Part shown: positions 10,066 to 19,420 of the stretch, piece by piece
How positions within the stretch are numbered: position 1 is the first letter of the stretch
Layout: the number at the start of each line of letters is the position of its first letter
Assembly: GCA_963664705.1 (NCBI GenBank)
Contig: OY761556.1
Coordinates: 1,952,001-2,016,000 of the forward strand
Direction of reading: 5' to 3'
DNA from: Acidobacteriota bacterium
Lineage (GTDB): Bacteria; Acidobacteriota; UBA6911
Length of the DNA: 64,000 bases
The notes under the pieces: generated by a model
The model's input: only the letters and a program-made list of their open reading frames with translations
Databases searched by the model: none
Told to the model about the DNA's origin: nothing
Program-made: the position numbers and the translations under genes

Positions 10066-10857
10066 ATGGGGCTGACATATTCAAGCTATCTCAAGTTGGA
10101 CCAGCTTCTGGATTTGCAGCAGATGCAGTCGAACGGCAGGGCTCACGATGAGCTGCTTTTCATTGTTATCCATCAGACCTATGAGCTTTGGTTTAGGGAG
10201 ATGCTGCACGAAATCGATTTGCTTCTCGTCTCCCTGGAAACGAGGGAAATCGTGCAGGCGCGCGCGACCCTGAAACGGCTGCGCAGCATTCTGAGGGTAT
10301 TTGTTTCTCAAATAGACGTTCTCGAAACCCTGACGGGACCGCAATTCCTTTCCTTCCGCGACCTGCTGGGCAGCGCCAGCGGATTTCAATCGACCCAGTT
10401 TCGTGAACTGGAATTTGTTTTTGGGAAGAAACGCCCGGAACTGATCCAGGCATTACCGGAAGACTCCGCAGATAGAGCTCGGCTTCAAAAAAGATTTGAT
10501 GGAGCAACCGTGTGGGACTCTTTCATGCATTATCTGTCACAATGTGGCTATGCGATTCCGGCACATGTTTTGAACCGCGATCTGACACGTCCAACCGCTC
10601 CCTCGCGCCAGGTTCAAGCCATTCTTCTGCAAATCTATCGAAAGGATCGCGACACGGCGGATTTTTGCGAACTCCTTCTCGACATTGATGAGGGAATCCA
10701 GGAGTGGCGTTACCGGCATGTCAAAATGGTTGAGCGGATTATAGGAAACAAGAAGGGAACCGGTGGCTCCTCTGGAGTGGAGTATCTGAAATCAACTCTC
10801 TTCAACCCTTCCTTCCCTGATCTTTGGGCGATTCGTTCGGAATTTGAAAAACCATGA
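10066..10857 (+). CDS. kynA: Tryptophan 2,3-dioxygenase
   Basis: YSSYLKL, HDELLFIVIHQTYELWF, ASGFQS, WRYRH, GTGGSSG. Confidence 0.95.
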   Translation: MGLTYSSYLKLDQLLDLQQMQSNGRAHDELLFIVIHQTYELWFREMLHEIDLLLVSLETREIVQARATLKRLRSILRVFVSQIDVLETLTGPQFLSFRDLLGSASGFQSTQFRELEFVFGKKRPELIQALPEDSADRARLQKRFDGATVWDSFMHYLSQCGYAIPAHVLNRDLTRPTAPSRQVQAILLQIYRKDRDTADFCELLLDIDEGIQEWRYRHVKMVERIIGNKKGTGGSSGVEYLKSTLFNPSFPDLWAIRSEFEKP

Positions 10858-12044
10858 TCCAGCCGGAGCTTCTCTATTCCAGCCCCAATGCGCTTTCTCC
10901 GCATTATTCGCAATTTCGTGTACAGGAACGCCTTTTGCTCACCGGGCATTCGCATCAGGCCTGGCCTGACTGCGGGTTTGAAGGTCAGCAGGAGGCATGG
11001 TTCGATGCCGCAGAGCTCCTGGATAGGAAATGGGATCGGGCATTTCAAAAAGCCGAGGAGGTTCGCTCCGGATTCTCCCGGCTATTGGACGATGTGGGCG
11101 GGGAAATAGCACTGGGCGCCAGTTCCCATGAGCTCGTCATCCGATTCCTGTCGGCTCTGCCGCTCCGCCAAAGACCTCGCATCGTCACAACCGACGGCGA
11201 GTTCCACAGCCTGCGGCGACAATTGGATCGGCTCTCAGAAGAAGGCATTGAGGTTGTTAAAGTTCAATCCTCTCCGGCTTCATCCGCCTGCGACCGATTG
11301 ATCGCGGCGCTGGATGAACGGACCGCGTCGGTAGTGACTTCCTCTGTATTCTTCGAAACCGGAGAGATCGCATCGGGATTCAGGGAACTGATGTCCGCCT
11401 GTCGTCGACTTGGATCCGAACTGCTGATCGATGCTTATCATTCTTTGAACGTTGTTCCGTTCTCCATTAAAAAGGAGCATCTGGAAGATTCATTCGTTGT
11501 GGGTGGAGGATACAAATACTGTCAGCTTGGAGAAGGGAACTGTTTTCTGCGGTTTCCGAAGGAATGTCGCCTGCGCCCGGTCGTCACCGGCTGGTTCAGT
11601 GAATTCGATCGGCTTGAACAAGGATCACAGCCCAGCGTTTTCTATGGGAAAGGATTTGCCCGGTTCGCAGGATCGACCTATGATCCCACCAGTCATTATC
11701 GGGCGGCCGCGGTCTTTCGCTTTTTTGATAAGTGGGGTCTGACGCCCGAATTGCTCCGAACCGTCAGCCGTCACCAGATCCAGTTGCTTGCGGATGGATT
11801 TGACTCACTGGATCTGAATCCGCGGGTAATCGCGCGCAACCGGTCTGTTCCGTTGGATGGGACGGGTGGATTTCTGGTGCTTCGCGCCCGGAACGCGGGT
11901 GCAATCTGCCGGCTGATGTTTGAACGAGGCGTTTATGTGGATTTTCGCGGCGAAGCGCTGCGACTTGGACCGGCTCCCTATCTTTCCGACCGGCAGCTCC
12001 TTGATGCGCTTGGCATCCTCGCGGAAACAGTTCGATGCTATTGA
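10854..12044 (+). CDS. kynU: Kynureninase-like PLP-dependent class V enzyme
   Basis: LTGHSHQAWP, DAYH and GGYKY (PLP Lys); 4-bp overlap with kynA. Confidence 0.85.
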   Translation: MIQPELLYSSPNALSPHYSQFRVQERLLLTGHSHQAWPDCGFEGQQEAWFDAAELLDRKWDRAFQKAEEVRSGFSRLLDDVGGEIALGASSHELVIRFLSALPLRQRPRIVTTDGEFHSLRRQLDRLSEEGIEVVKVQSSPASSACDRLIAALDERTASVVTSSVFFETGEIASGFRELMSACRRLGSELLIDAYHSLNVVPFSIKKEHLEDSFVVGGGYKYCQLGEGNCFLRFPKECRLRPVVTGWFSEFDRLEQGSQPSVFYGKGFARFAGSTYDPTSHYRAAAVFRFFDKWGLTPELLRTVSRHQIQLLADGFDSLDLNPRVIARNRSVPLDGTGGFLVLRARNAGAICRLMFERGVYVDFRGEALRLGPAPYLSDRQLLDALGILAETVRCY

Positions 12045-13552
12045 GGACGACCGTCTTTGAGGCGCAGGGTTCTATGGATTTCCTTTGGGATTTCATCCTG
12101 TCGATGCGTGACGAACACCACCGTGGTATCTCCACGTTTTATCAGCCTGTCGACCAGCTCGAGAAAAATTGAGCGATGTTCCAGATCCAAACCCTGGCAG
12201 GGCTCGTCCAGAAGTATCAAGTCCGGTTTTCTCACGACGGCACGGGCAAGCAGCACCATGCGCTGAGATCCGGTGGATAGGGAGTGCAACGGTTGATCCG
12301 AATTGGATATCAGCCCAAACCGCTTTAGAACCCGCAGGGCCGCGGATCTCTGCGTGGGCGAAATTCGCTTAAAGCAGCCGATAGTTCCATGGAACGCGGA
12401 AACCACGGTTTCAAGGCAGGTCTGATCTTCTGGAAAATGGAGATGCAATTCCGGCGAGATTCCGCCAATCCTTTGCTTGATCCTCCAGATACTCTCACCG
12501 CTGCCGCGCCTCTTTCCGAAAAGATACACATCATTGGCATAGGCCTGCGGATTATCGCCGTTGATCAGACTCAGCAGTGTACTCTTGCCCGAACCGTTGG
12601 GCCCCAGCAGCGCCCAGCTTTCACCCCGTCGAATAATCCAGTCAATACCGGAAAGGATGTCTTTCCGGCCATAGCGGACCGAGACATTCTCGAGTCGAAC
12701 AAGCTCCTCGCCAGGCGCTTGGGCAGAGCTTTCAGGCTCGGGCTGGGCGCGCGGCGGTTTGAGATTGGGCCGATACCGCGCCCGGATGATCGGGTGCCGC
12801 ATCATTTCCCCAAAGCGACCTTGGGCAACGATGCGGCAGCCGTCCACTACCAGAAGGTTGGTAATCCCCTTCGGCACCTCATGGAGCAGGGCATCGATGA
12901 GGAGAATCTGAACGGAACCCCTTCGCATCAGAGCCTCGATGATTTCCATCAGGTGCAGCCGGTATTGCTTATCCAGCCCGGCGAAGGCATCGTCAAGGAT
13001 CAACAGTTTCGGTTTGCGCAGCAATGCTTGTGCGATCAGTACCTTGCGCATCTCGCCGTTGGATAGAGAAATCAGCGTGCGCCGCAGCAAAACGCCGATC
13101 TGCATCACATCTATGATCCGTTTTCGATGGGTGTGGAAAGCTCCGGGCGATTGTTCTCTGCGGGCTCGCACCTCAAACGGATTGATTTCCTCCACCATAG
13201 CCTGCGACAAAAAGCGGCTGACCGAGATGGCCATTTCCTGCTCGATGCTGAACCAGCGCGCGGCGTCCGGCGCCTCCCCTGCCGCCGCCTGGTGCTGTTT
13301 GAATGAAACCAGGCGAATGCAATCTTCGGGCGATTTGCCTTCGGACGGACGCAGATCGTATTTTATCTCTCCTTGAACGATCGGAATCTCTCCGGCAATC
13401 GCTCGCGCAAGGATCGTCTTTCCGGAGCCATTTTTCCCTACAATGGCCCAATTCTGCTTCCGGTCAAAAATCCAGTGGCTGTTTGAGAACAGGAGCCTGT
13501 CACCGAGTCGCAGTGTGACATTGGAAAATTCGATAAGAGGTCGAGACGGCAT
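12038..13552 (-). CDS. ModF-like double ABC ATPase
   Basis: Two Walker A motifs (GKNGSGKT, GPNGSGKS), LSNGEMRK, GDNPQAYAN, GSGESIW; start trimmed to ATG 13552. Confidence 0.85.
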   Translation of the reverse strand: MPSRPLIEFSNVTLRLGDRLLFSNSHWIFDRKQNWAIVGKNGSGKTILARAIAGEIPIVQGEIKYDLRPSEGKSPEDCIRLVSFKQHQAAAGEAPDAARWFSIEQEMAISVSRFLSQAMVEEINPFEVRARREQSPGAFHTHRKRIIDVMQIGVLLRRTLISLSNGEMRKVLIAQALLRKPKLLILDDAFAGLDKQYRLHLMEIIEALMRRGSVQILLIDALLHEVPKGITNLLVVDGCRIVAQGRFGEMMRHPIIRARYRPNLKPPRAQPEPESSAQAPGEELVRLENVSVRYGRKDILSGIDWIIRRGESWALLGPNGSGKSTLLSLINGDNPQAYANDVYLFGKRRGSGESIWRIKQRIGGISPELHLHFPEDQTCLETVVSAFHGTIGCFKRISPTQRSAALRVLKRFGLISNSDQPLHSLSTGSQRMVLLARAVVRKPDLILLDEPCQGLDLEHRSIFLELVDRLIKRGDTTVVFVTHRQDEIPKEIHRTLRLKDGRPQ

Positions 13553-13569
13553 TCTATCCTTCAAATATC

Positions 13570-14328
13570 CTATTTCTTTGATTCCTGGGCCAGGTCTCCC
13601 AGGATAGTTCCGAATTCTTCCAGGTATTGTTTTTTGCTGGCATGCGAAGGAAGATGCCACACCATTTCAGACAGATTCCTGGTCATGGTTGGAATCCACT
13701 GATAAGGGATGGATAGGACCACCGAATTATCAGGAAAGAGTTCCCGCCCCTTCATCCCGTGCACCATATCCGGAACAATAAAGTTCACCTTCCCGCTCTG
13801 AAACGGATAAATAAACAGCCACGCACACCCCATGACCGGAGTCGTACGGGAGTTATACAACTCTCCGGTCGAATAGGTCATCGATCGCATAAGGATCTCC
13901 GCGTTTGAATGATCCGCAGTTATTAGAATCAAGTCGGGCTCAAAGGTCAGTTTTTCAAAACGCGAAAAGGTAACATACCGTACAACATTGGCCGGGAATT
14001 TGGGGACGTGTTGGTAGAAGGCGAAGTTTGCGCGCGCCTCCTGGAAAATCTGGAGTCGCTCCCCGATCTGTCCACTTTCGGCGAACGCTTCCATTTCCTG
14101 CATCCCAAGGAGGATTTTGCCGACGCAGGTTTCCTTGACCTCACGAGCCAGGTAAAAGGGTTCGGACGTTTGCTGCGCCTCCACCAGCATCTCGCATAGA
14201 GACAGGCTTTTCTCTTCTGGAAGCGGCTGGATGCCCTCCGGGGGGAAGAAGGAAAACTTGATTCCGATCGGCGGTCGCTCAAACTCAAATTTTGAGTAAA
14301 TGGACAGGTCTGTCTGCAGGGGCTTCAT
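13570..14328 (-). CDS. DUF169 (ArCR, COG2043) family protein
   Basis: PIGIKF, LCEML, TCVG..LG, EPDLILI, GCAW pattern. Confidence 0.75.
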   Translation of the reverse strand: MKPLQTDLSIYSKFEFERPPIGIKFSFFPPEGIQPLPEEKSLSLCEMLVEAQQTSEPFYLAREVKETCVGKILLGMQEMEAFAESGQIGERLQIFQEARANFAFYQHVPKFPANVVRYVTFSRFEKLTFEPDLILITADHSNAEILMRSMTYSTGELYNSRTTPVMGCAWLFIYPFQSGKVNFIVPDMVHGMKGRELFPDNSVVLSIPYQWIPTMTRNLSEMVWHLPSHASKKQYLEEFGTILGDLAQESKK

Positions 14329-14566
14329 AAGGATCTCCTTTGGAGTAATGGCTTTTATCTTTTAGCATTGCGTCCGGATACACGCAAGCTCCAGAAATGG
14401 GAAAGGAAGATCGGAAATTCTAACCGCTTGTGTCCCCGTTTGGAATGTGCTAAAAATCGCCGACGCAAAGCTTAAAGGCTGTTGGACGAAGTCTGACACG
14501 CGCAGGCTCCGCACGATGTGGGCCTTGGTGAAGGCTCTGCTAAGCAAAAATCGAGGAGATAACACT

Positions 14567-15391
14567 ATGAGCAGACTTGATGGGAAAGTAGCACTTATCA
14601 CCGGTGGCGGCAGGGGCATAGGCGCTGCGATCGCAAAACGCTTTGTCGAGGACGGAGCGAAGATTGTTATCAGCGATATTCAAAAGGGTCTTCTGGAAGA
14701 AACCGCCAATTCTCTGAAATCCAAAAACGTTGCGGCATGTGCCGGCGACGTCACCAATTGGGACGACGTGCAGAAGATGGTGGCCGAAACCGTAAAGTTC
14801 GGTGGAAAAATCGACATTCTTGTCAATAACGCAGGGATCGATCCCGGCGGGAGCATCATTGATATCGACATCGCTTTGTGGAAGAAGATTTTGGACGTAA
14901 ACCTGAACGGTCCGTTCCTTTGCATGCGCGCCACGCTTCCCGAGATGATCAAACAGGGCGGCGGATCCATCGTAAATATAGCATCGCTGGCCGGCGTTCG
15001 CTGCCTGCCGTCGATGCCTTCCTATTGTGCATCCAAGGGTGGATTGATTCAGCTGGCGCTGCAATGCGCGCTGGAATACGGGCCCAAGGGGATTCGAAGC
15101 AACGTCGTAGCCCCCGGAGCAACCCGAACGGACATGCTGGTCAACGCGATGAAAGGGCTCTCCGAAGCTCTCAAAAAAGATGCATTCGAAGTGTTAACCG
15201 AAAGTGTCCCGCTGCGCAGAGCTGCAGAGCCGTATGAGATCACGGGCGCATGCTCCTTCCTGGCCAGCGACGATGCGGCATTCATTTCAGGTGCGGTGCT
15301 CCTGGTTGACGGCGGCGCTGCCATCGTCGATGTCTCGGGCGCATCTGTCAGCAAAGCCGGAGAGGCTTCAGGCAAGAGCTGGGGCGTGTAG
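14567..15391 (+). CDS. Short-chain dehydrogenase/reductase
   Basis: TGGGRGIG, NNAG, YCASK; GAGGAG RBS before ATG 14567. Confidence 0.95.
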   Translation: MSRLDGKVALITGGGRGIGAAIAKRFVEDGAKIVISDIQKGLLEETANSLKSKNVAACAGDVTNWDDVQKMVAETVKFGGKIDILVNNAGIDPGGSIIDIDIALWKKILDVNLNGPFLCMRATLPEMIKQGGGSIVNIASLAGVRCLPSMPSYCASKGGLIQLALQCALEYGPKGIRSNVVAPGATRTDMLVNAMKGLSEALKKDAFEVLTESVPLRRAAEPYEITGACSFLASDDAAFISGAVLLVDGGAAIVDVSGASVSKAGEASGKSWGV

Positions 15392-15392
15392 T

Positions 15393-15567
15393 CGAATTAC
15401 GAATTACGAATTACGATTGACGAATGGTGGGGTAAACGCCATTCGTCAATCGCCTCAACTTCCTTCAGCAGGTTTTCGGTTTTTCCCCGGCAGGCAATAG
15501 GCAGGAAAGGGAATGACGACCGACAAACTGTCGTTCCATCCGTCAATCGTCATTCGTCAATCGTAAG
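15393..15567. repeat. Heptamer-repeat element with inverted ends
   Basis: (CGAATTA)3 then CGATTGA on the left and TCAATCG/TCATTCG units on the right. TTACGATTGACGAATG (15411-15426) is the reverse complement of CATTCGTCAATCGTAA (15551-15566). Confidence 0.75.
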
Positions 15568-15568
15568 T

Positions 15569-16012
15569 CTACTTGTTGGTGACCATCGGGTATTTCAATT
15601 CCACCCAGCGGATAGATCCGCCACTCAGAACCTTCACCTTATCTTTGTCAAATCCCAGCTTGTAAAGCTCATTGGCGAGATTGGCGCTGCTGGCATCGTC
15701 GGTGCAGTCACAATAGGTAATAACCAATTTGTCCATGGGAAGCGCGATCAGCATCATCTGCCGGTCGGTTGGATCTGCATTGGCGTCATAATAAACGTTC
15801 ACGGCTCCCTTGATATGCCCCGCGTCATAGCTCCCACTGTCCCTCACATCCACGACTACGAACTGACCGGCGCTCTGATCCACCATCTGCTTCAGTTCTT
15901 CCGCTTTGATCCGGGGAATATTGGGAAGTACCACCTTTTCCTCGGAGAAAGCAGTGATTACTGGGAGTAAGGGCAATATTAGGATCAGAAATACAAAAGC
16001 TCTAATCTTCAT
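15569..16012 (-). CDS. Exported single-domain rhodanese-like protein
   Basis: Signal peptide, VVDVRD, GHIKGA, TYCDCTDDASS, LSGG..W. Confidence 0.85.
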   Translation of the reverse strand: MKIRAFVFLILILPLLPVITAFSEEKVVLPNIPRIKAEELKQMVDQSAGQFVVVDVRDSGSYDAGHIKGAVNVYYDANADPTDRQMMLIALPMDKLVITYCDCTDDASSANLANELYKLGFDKDKVKVLSGGSIRWVELKYPMVTNK

Positions 16013-16235
16013 TTTTCCTCTCTTTTCTACATTGGCTAAGTCATGGCGGGGGCATCGAACCTCCCCGCATATGGTAAGTTAATCCCCCTATGGCCAAGAG
16101 TCAATCTGTGCTTGTGTCGTGAAGTGGAATGTCCTATAAGTAAGGTCGCCGCGAGGGCTCGGGTCCAACTCGATAACCGCCGGCATACCGGATTCGGGCG
16201 GCAATGGATATGAACAATCATACGGAGGTTTCATT

Positions 16236-17330
16236 ATGAAAATAAAAGCAGCGGTGGTACGCGAGAAAGGTGCCCCTTTTGTCATCGAGGATATCGAACT
16301 TGACGAACCAAAGGGAGATGAAGTTGTTGTGCGTATTGCGAGTACAGGACTCTGCCACACGGACCTCGTCGCCCGTATGCAGTTTATTCCGGTACCTCTT
16401 CCCGGCGTTTTCGGCCATGAAGGAGCCGGCGTTGTTGAAAAGGTCGGCCCGTTGGTCACCAAGGTCAAACCCGGAGATCATGTTGCCACCAGTTTCATGT
16501 CATGCGGTACCTGCCCATGCTGCAAAAAGGGAAAGCCCGGCTGGTGCTCCGAATTCCGCAGACTGAACTTCGGCGGAAGACGTCCAGATGGCACCGCGAC
16601 AATGAAGAAGGGAAGCGAAACTATTTACGGATCCTTCTTTGGACAATCAACCTTCGGTTCCTATGCGCTGATGGGTGAACGGAGTGTCATCAAGGTCCCA
16701 TCGGATGTCCCGGTGGAAATCCTTGCGCCGTTGGGATGCGGCATCCAGACCGGTGCCGGCGGAGTCATCAATACCCTGAAGGCAGGTCCCGGATCAGCTA
16801 TCGCCGTTTTCGGCATCGGGTCCGTCGGGTTGAGCGCGATCATGGCTGCGGTTGTTTGTGGCTGCACGAAGATCATCGCGGTTGACATTATGGAAGAACG
16901 TCTCAAATTGGCCAAAGAATTCGGGGCCACTGATGTCATCAACTCGGGCAAGGTGAACGCCGTGGATGAAATCCGCAAACTGACCGGAGGCGGGATCGAA
17001 TTCACATTGGAATGCACGGGAATTCCAAAAGTATTCCGTCAGGCAGTTGATGCCCTCATGATGGGCGGTACCTGCGGCTTGATCGGTGTGGCTCCGGTCG
17101 GAGTGGAAGCGAATCTGGAAATGCAACATATCCTTGACGGCCGCACCATCAAAGGCTGCGTCGAAGGGGATTGCATTCCGGACATCTTCATCCCTCAATT
17201 GATCGAGCTCTACAAACAGGGCAGATTCCCATTTGACAAGCTGCTGAAATTCTACTCACTCGACCAGATTAACGAAGCGGTCGAGGATACGGAGAAGGGA
17301 AGGGCTTTGAAGGCGGTTCTGAAGCCTTAA
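16236..17330 (+). CDS. Zn-dependent NAD(P) alcohol dehydrogenase, aryl/benzyl-alcohol DH-like
   Basis: GLCHTD, GHEGAG, CGTCPCC..C, FFGQSTF, APLGCGIQTGAG, VEGD..P..FIP. Confidence 0.9.
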   Translation: MKIKAAVVREKGAPFVIEDIELDEPKGDEVVVRIASTGLCHTDLVARMQFIPVPLPGVFGHEGAGVVEKVGPLVTKVKPGDHVATSFMSCGTCPCCKKGKPGWCSEFRRLNFGGRRPDGTATMKKGSETIYGSFFGQSTFGSYALMGERSVIKVPSDVPVEILAPLGCGIQTGAGGVINTLKAGPGSAIAVFGIGSVGLSAIMAAVVCGCTKIIAVDIMEERLKLAKEFGATDVINSGKVNAVDEIRKLTGGGIEFTLECTGIPKVFRQAVDALMMGGTCGLIGVAPVGVEANLEMQHILDGRTIKGCVEGDCIPDIFIPQLIELYKQGRFPFDKLLKFYSLDQINEAVEDTEKGRALKAVLKP

Positions 17331-17344
17331 AGCTCAATGGACAT

Positions 17345-17386
17345 TCGTGAAATTCGTGGCCGAAACACGCACCACGAATTTCACGA
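17345..17386. terminator. Hairpin between convergent genes
   Basis: TCGTGAAATTCGTGG-N12-CCACGAATTTCACGA, a 15-bp stem. Confidence 0.6.
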
Positions 17387-17401
17387 CATTGTCTATAGCG
17401 A

Positions 17402-18217
17402 TTAGACTTTAAGCGGCTTCAGACGGGCATTGCGCGTGGATTCGCTGCTCGGTTTTCCCGTTACCGGGTGGACGAAGTGATAGGGAAGAATATACCCGGT
17501 AACATAACGCAGATCGCTTTTGTCCATCGGTTGATCCGGCACGAACTGTGGTCCGCCAGGGGCCGATCCGCCCTTCAGCATCGGACCGGCAATGTCCTCC
17601 GGCAGGATCCATCCATCCTTGATCCTGACACCGTACGGGATTAGCCAGTTGATCGACAACATCTTCCAGATACCCCCCTCTTTGATATACCCGATCTCGT
17701 AAATCCCATTGATGAAAGAGCGCGAAAAGGCGGGAGGTTGTCCCTCCTTTACCGCTGCGGGCATCATCACTCCTCCGAACGCGTACCATCGTCCCTTGGC
17801 AGTCTTCCCGTCCGGTGCAACCGTGATTAGCCCGGCCGAGGGAATGAGTTGGTGCTGGAATCCCACCGGAGGCACCTGGTTGACATCAAAGTACTTCCGA
17901 ACCCCGGCTTTTCCCTTCCATTTGCCCTCCAGCCAGTCCAGTAGCACGTCCGGACTGTCGGCAAAGCAGTCAATTATTTCTTGTTTCATCATATGTTCGA
18001 CGTAATAGTTATAGGCATACTGCAGCCGTTGAATCGACTGGACATCTTCTACCTGCTGCAGACGTTTTTCGAGAGCTTCCACCTTTGCTTCCAGGGATTC
18101 CTTGCCCGGGGTGGCGGCGCATCCGGCAGTGACGGCTCCTGCCGCTGCGATGGCTGTCCCGGCGGCGACCTCCTTGACGAATCCCCTTCGAGTGCTTTTC
18201 GTTTCTCTCTTGCCCAT
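17402..18217 (-). CDS. NTF2/SnoaL-like protein with Tat (lipoprotein) signal
   Basis: STRRGFVK Tat motif, TAGC lipobox-like site, a coiled coil, EDVQSIQRLQYAYNYY, APDGKTAKGRW, GIWKM. Confidence 0.8.
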   Translation of the reverse strand: MGKRETKSTRRGFVKEVAAGTAIAAAGAVTAGCAATPGKESLEAKVEALEKRLQQVEDVQSIQRLQYAYNYYVEHMMKQEIIDCFADSPDVLLDWLEGKWKGKAGVRKYFDVNQVPPVGFQHQLIPSAGLITVAPDGKTAKGRWYAFGGVMMPAAVKEGQPPAFSRSFINGIYEIGYIKEGGIWKMLSINWLIPYGVRIKDGWILPEDIAGPMLKGGSAPGGPQFVPDQPMDKSDLRYVTGYILPYHFVHPVTGKPSSESTRNARLKPLKV

Positions 18218-18323
18218 GATTTTTCTCCCTAGTAATGGCCGAAGGTATTGATTGATAGGTTTTCTGTTTCTAGCACACTCGACAAAACGAGTACAAGGAA
18301 TAAGCGCGGCCAGTGCGGGAAGC

Positions 18324-19229
18324 TTACTCCGGCTTCTGATTCTGGGACACGGGTTCCTGTTCCTGGAACAAGCCTGCCTGAACGGGATCGAGCCCCAGGG
18401 CTTGTCTTACGGGACCAAAGCTGCGTCGATGAATGGGAAGAACGCCGGATCTTTTCAAAGCCTGCAAATGCTCCAGAGTGGGATATCCTTTGTGGGAAGC
18501 AAATCCATAGGCGGGATACATTTCATGCATCGCCTGCATATGTGCATCGCGTGTTGTCTTCGCGATGATTGAAGCGGCGGCAATACTCGCCGATAGCGCA
18601 TCGCCGTGTATGATACCTCGCTGCCGGCAGGAGCAATGCGGAATGGTTCGCGCATCTACCAGGACATATTCTGGCGGAATGGATAGCCCTTCCACCGCGC
18701 GCCGCATGGCCAGCAATCCTGCATGATAGATGTTGATCGTATCAATTTCCTCTACTTCTGTTCGTCCAACGGCCCAGCAGATGGCATCCTGCTTAATCTG
18801 GGTGGCCAGTTTTTCGCGACGCTCTTCTTTCAGGATTTTTTTCGAATCATCCAGACCCGAGAGTTTGTAATTGCGGGGAAGAATGACGGCGGCGGCCACG
18901 ACCGGGCCTGCCAGGGGCGCCATTCCCGCCTCATCCACTCCGGCAATGTACCGCAAGCCCTGTTCCCAGAGCTCGCGCTCAAACCGAAGGAGGCGGTGCA
19001 ACCTTTGGCCTTCCTTTCGATTTTGCTGCCTTCTCTTCTTGATCTGCCGGGCAAGCTGACGTGCGCCGCTGCGAGGATCGTTTTCAAGCGACTCGAGGAA
19101 CCCCTCCGGAACGGAGTTTTCTTCGCAAAGATATTCCCGCTTCAATTCAGCCAGGCTCTTTGCGAGCAGATTTCCCTTGAGATTAGTCACGAACAACTCC
19201 CACAGGCATTGTATCCCAAAGATATTCAT
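18324..19229 (-). CDS. rnhB: Ribonuclease HII (with N-terminal extension; exact start uncertain)
   Basis: AGVDEAG..PLAGPV, DDSKK, SIAAASIIAK, HKGYPT, HRRSF. Confidence 0.95.
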   Translation of the reverse strand: MNIFGIQCLWELFVTNLKGNLLAKSLAELKREYLCEENSVPEGFLESLENDPRSGARQLARQIKKRRQQNRKEGQRLHRLLRFERELWEQGLRYIAGVDEAGMAPLAGPVVAAAVILPRNYKLSGLDDSKKILKEERREKLATQIKQDAICWAVGRTEVEEIDTINIYHAGLLAMRRAVEGLSIPPEYVLVDARTIPHCSCRQRGIIHGDALSASIAAASIIAKTTRDAHMQAMHEMYPAYGFASHKGYPTLEHLQALKRSGVLPIHRRSFGPVRQALGLDPVQAGLFQEQEPVSQNQKPE

Positions 19230-19420
19230 ACAGCGAAATCCGTGAAGATGATTGCAGCTTTATTGCAAGTGAAGATGCGACCTGATTCCGCTTGACAGGC
19301 CGGTAAGGTTGGGTAAGTCTAGCTCACGTTGCGCTCGGCATAATCGATCAATTATTGAAACTTAAACACGCAGAAAACCGGGTTGGTGTTCCTCTTTATT
19401 AAACCTCTTTTCAGGCGGAC

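Noticed and set aside
15393-15567. Repeats as a CRISPR array
   Set aside because: The units are 7 bp with no spacers, and there are no cas genes.
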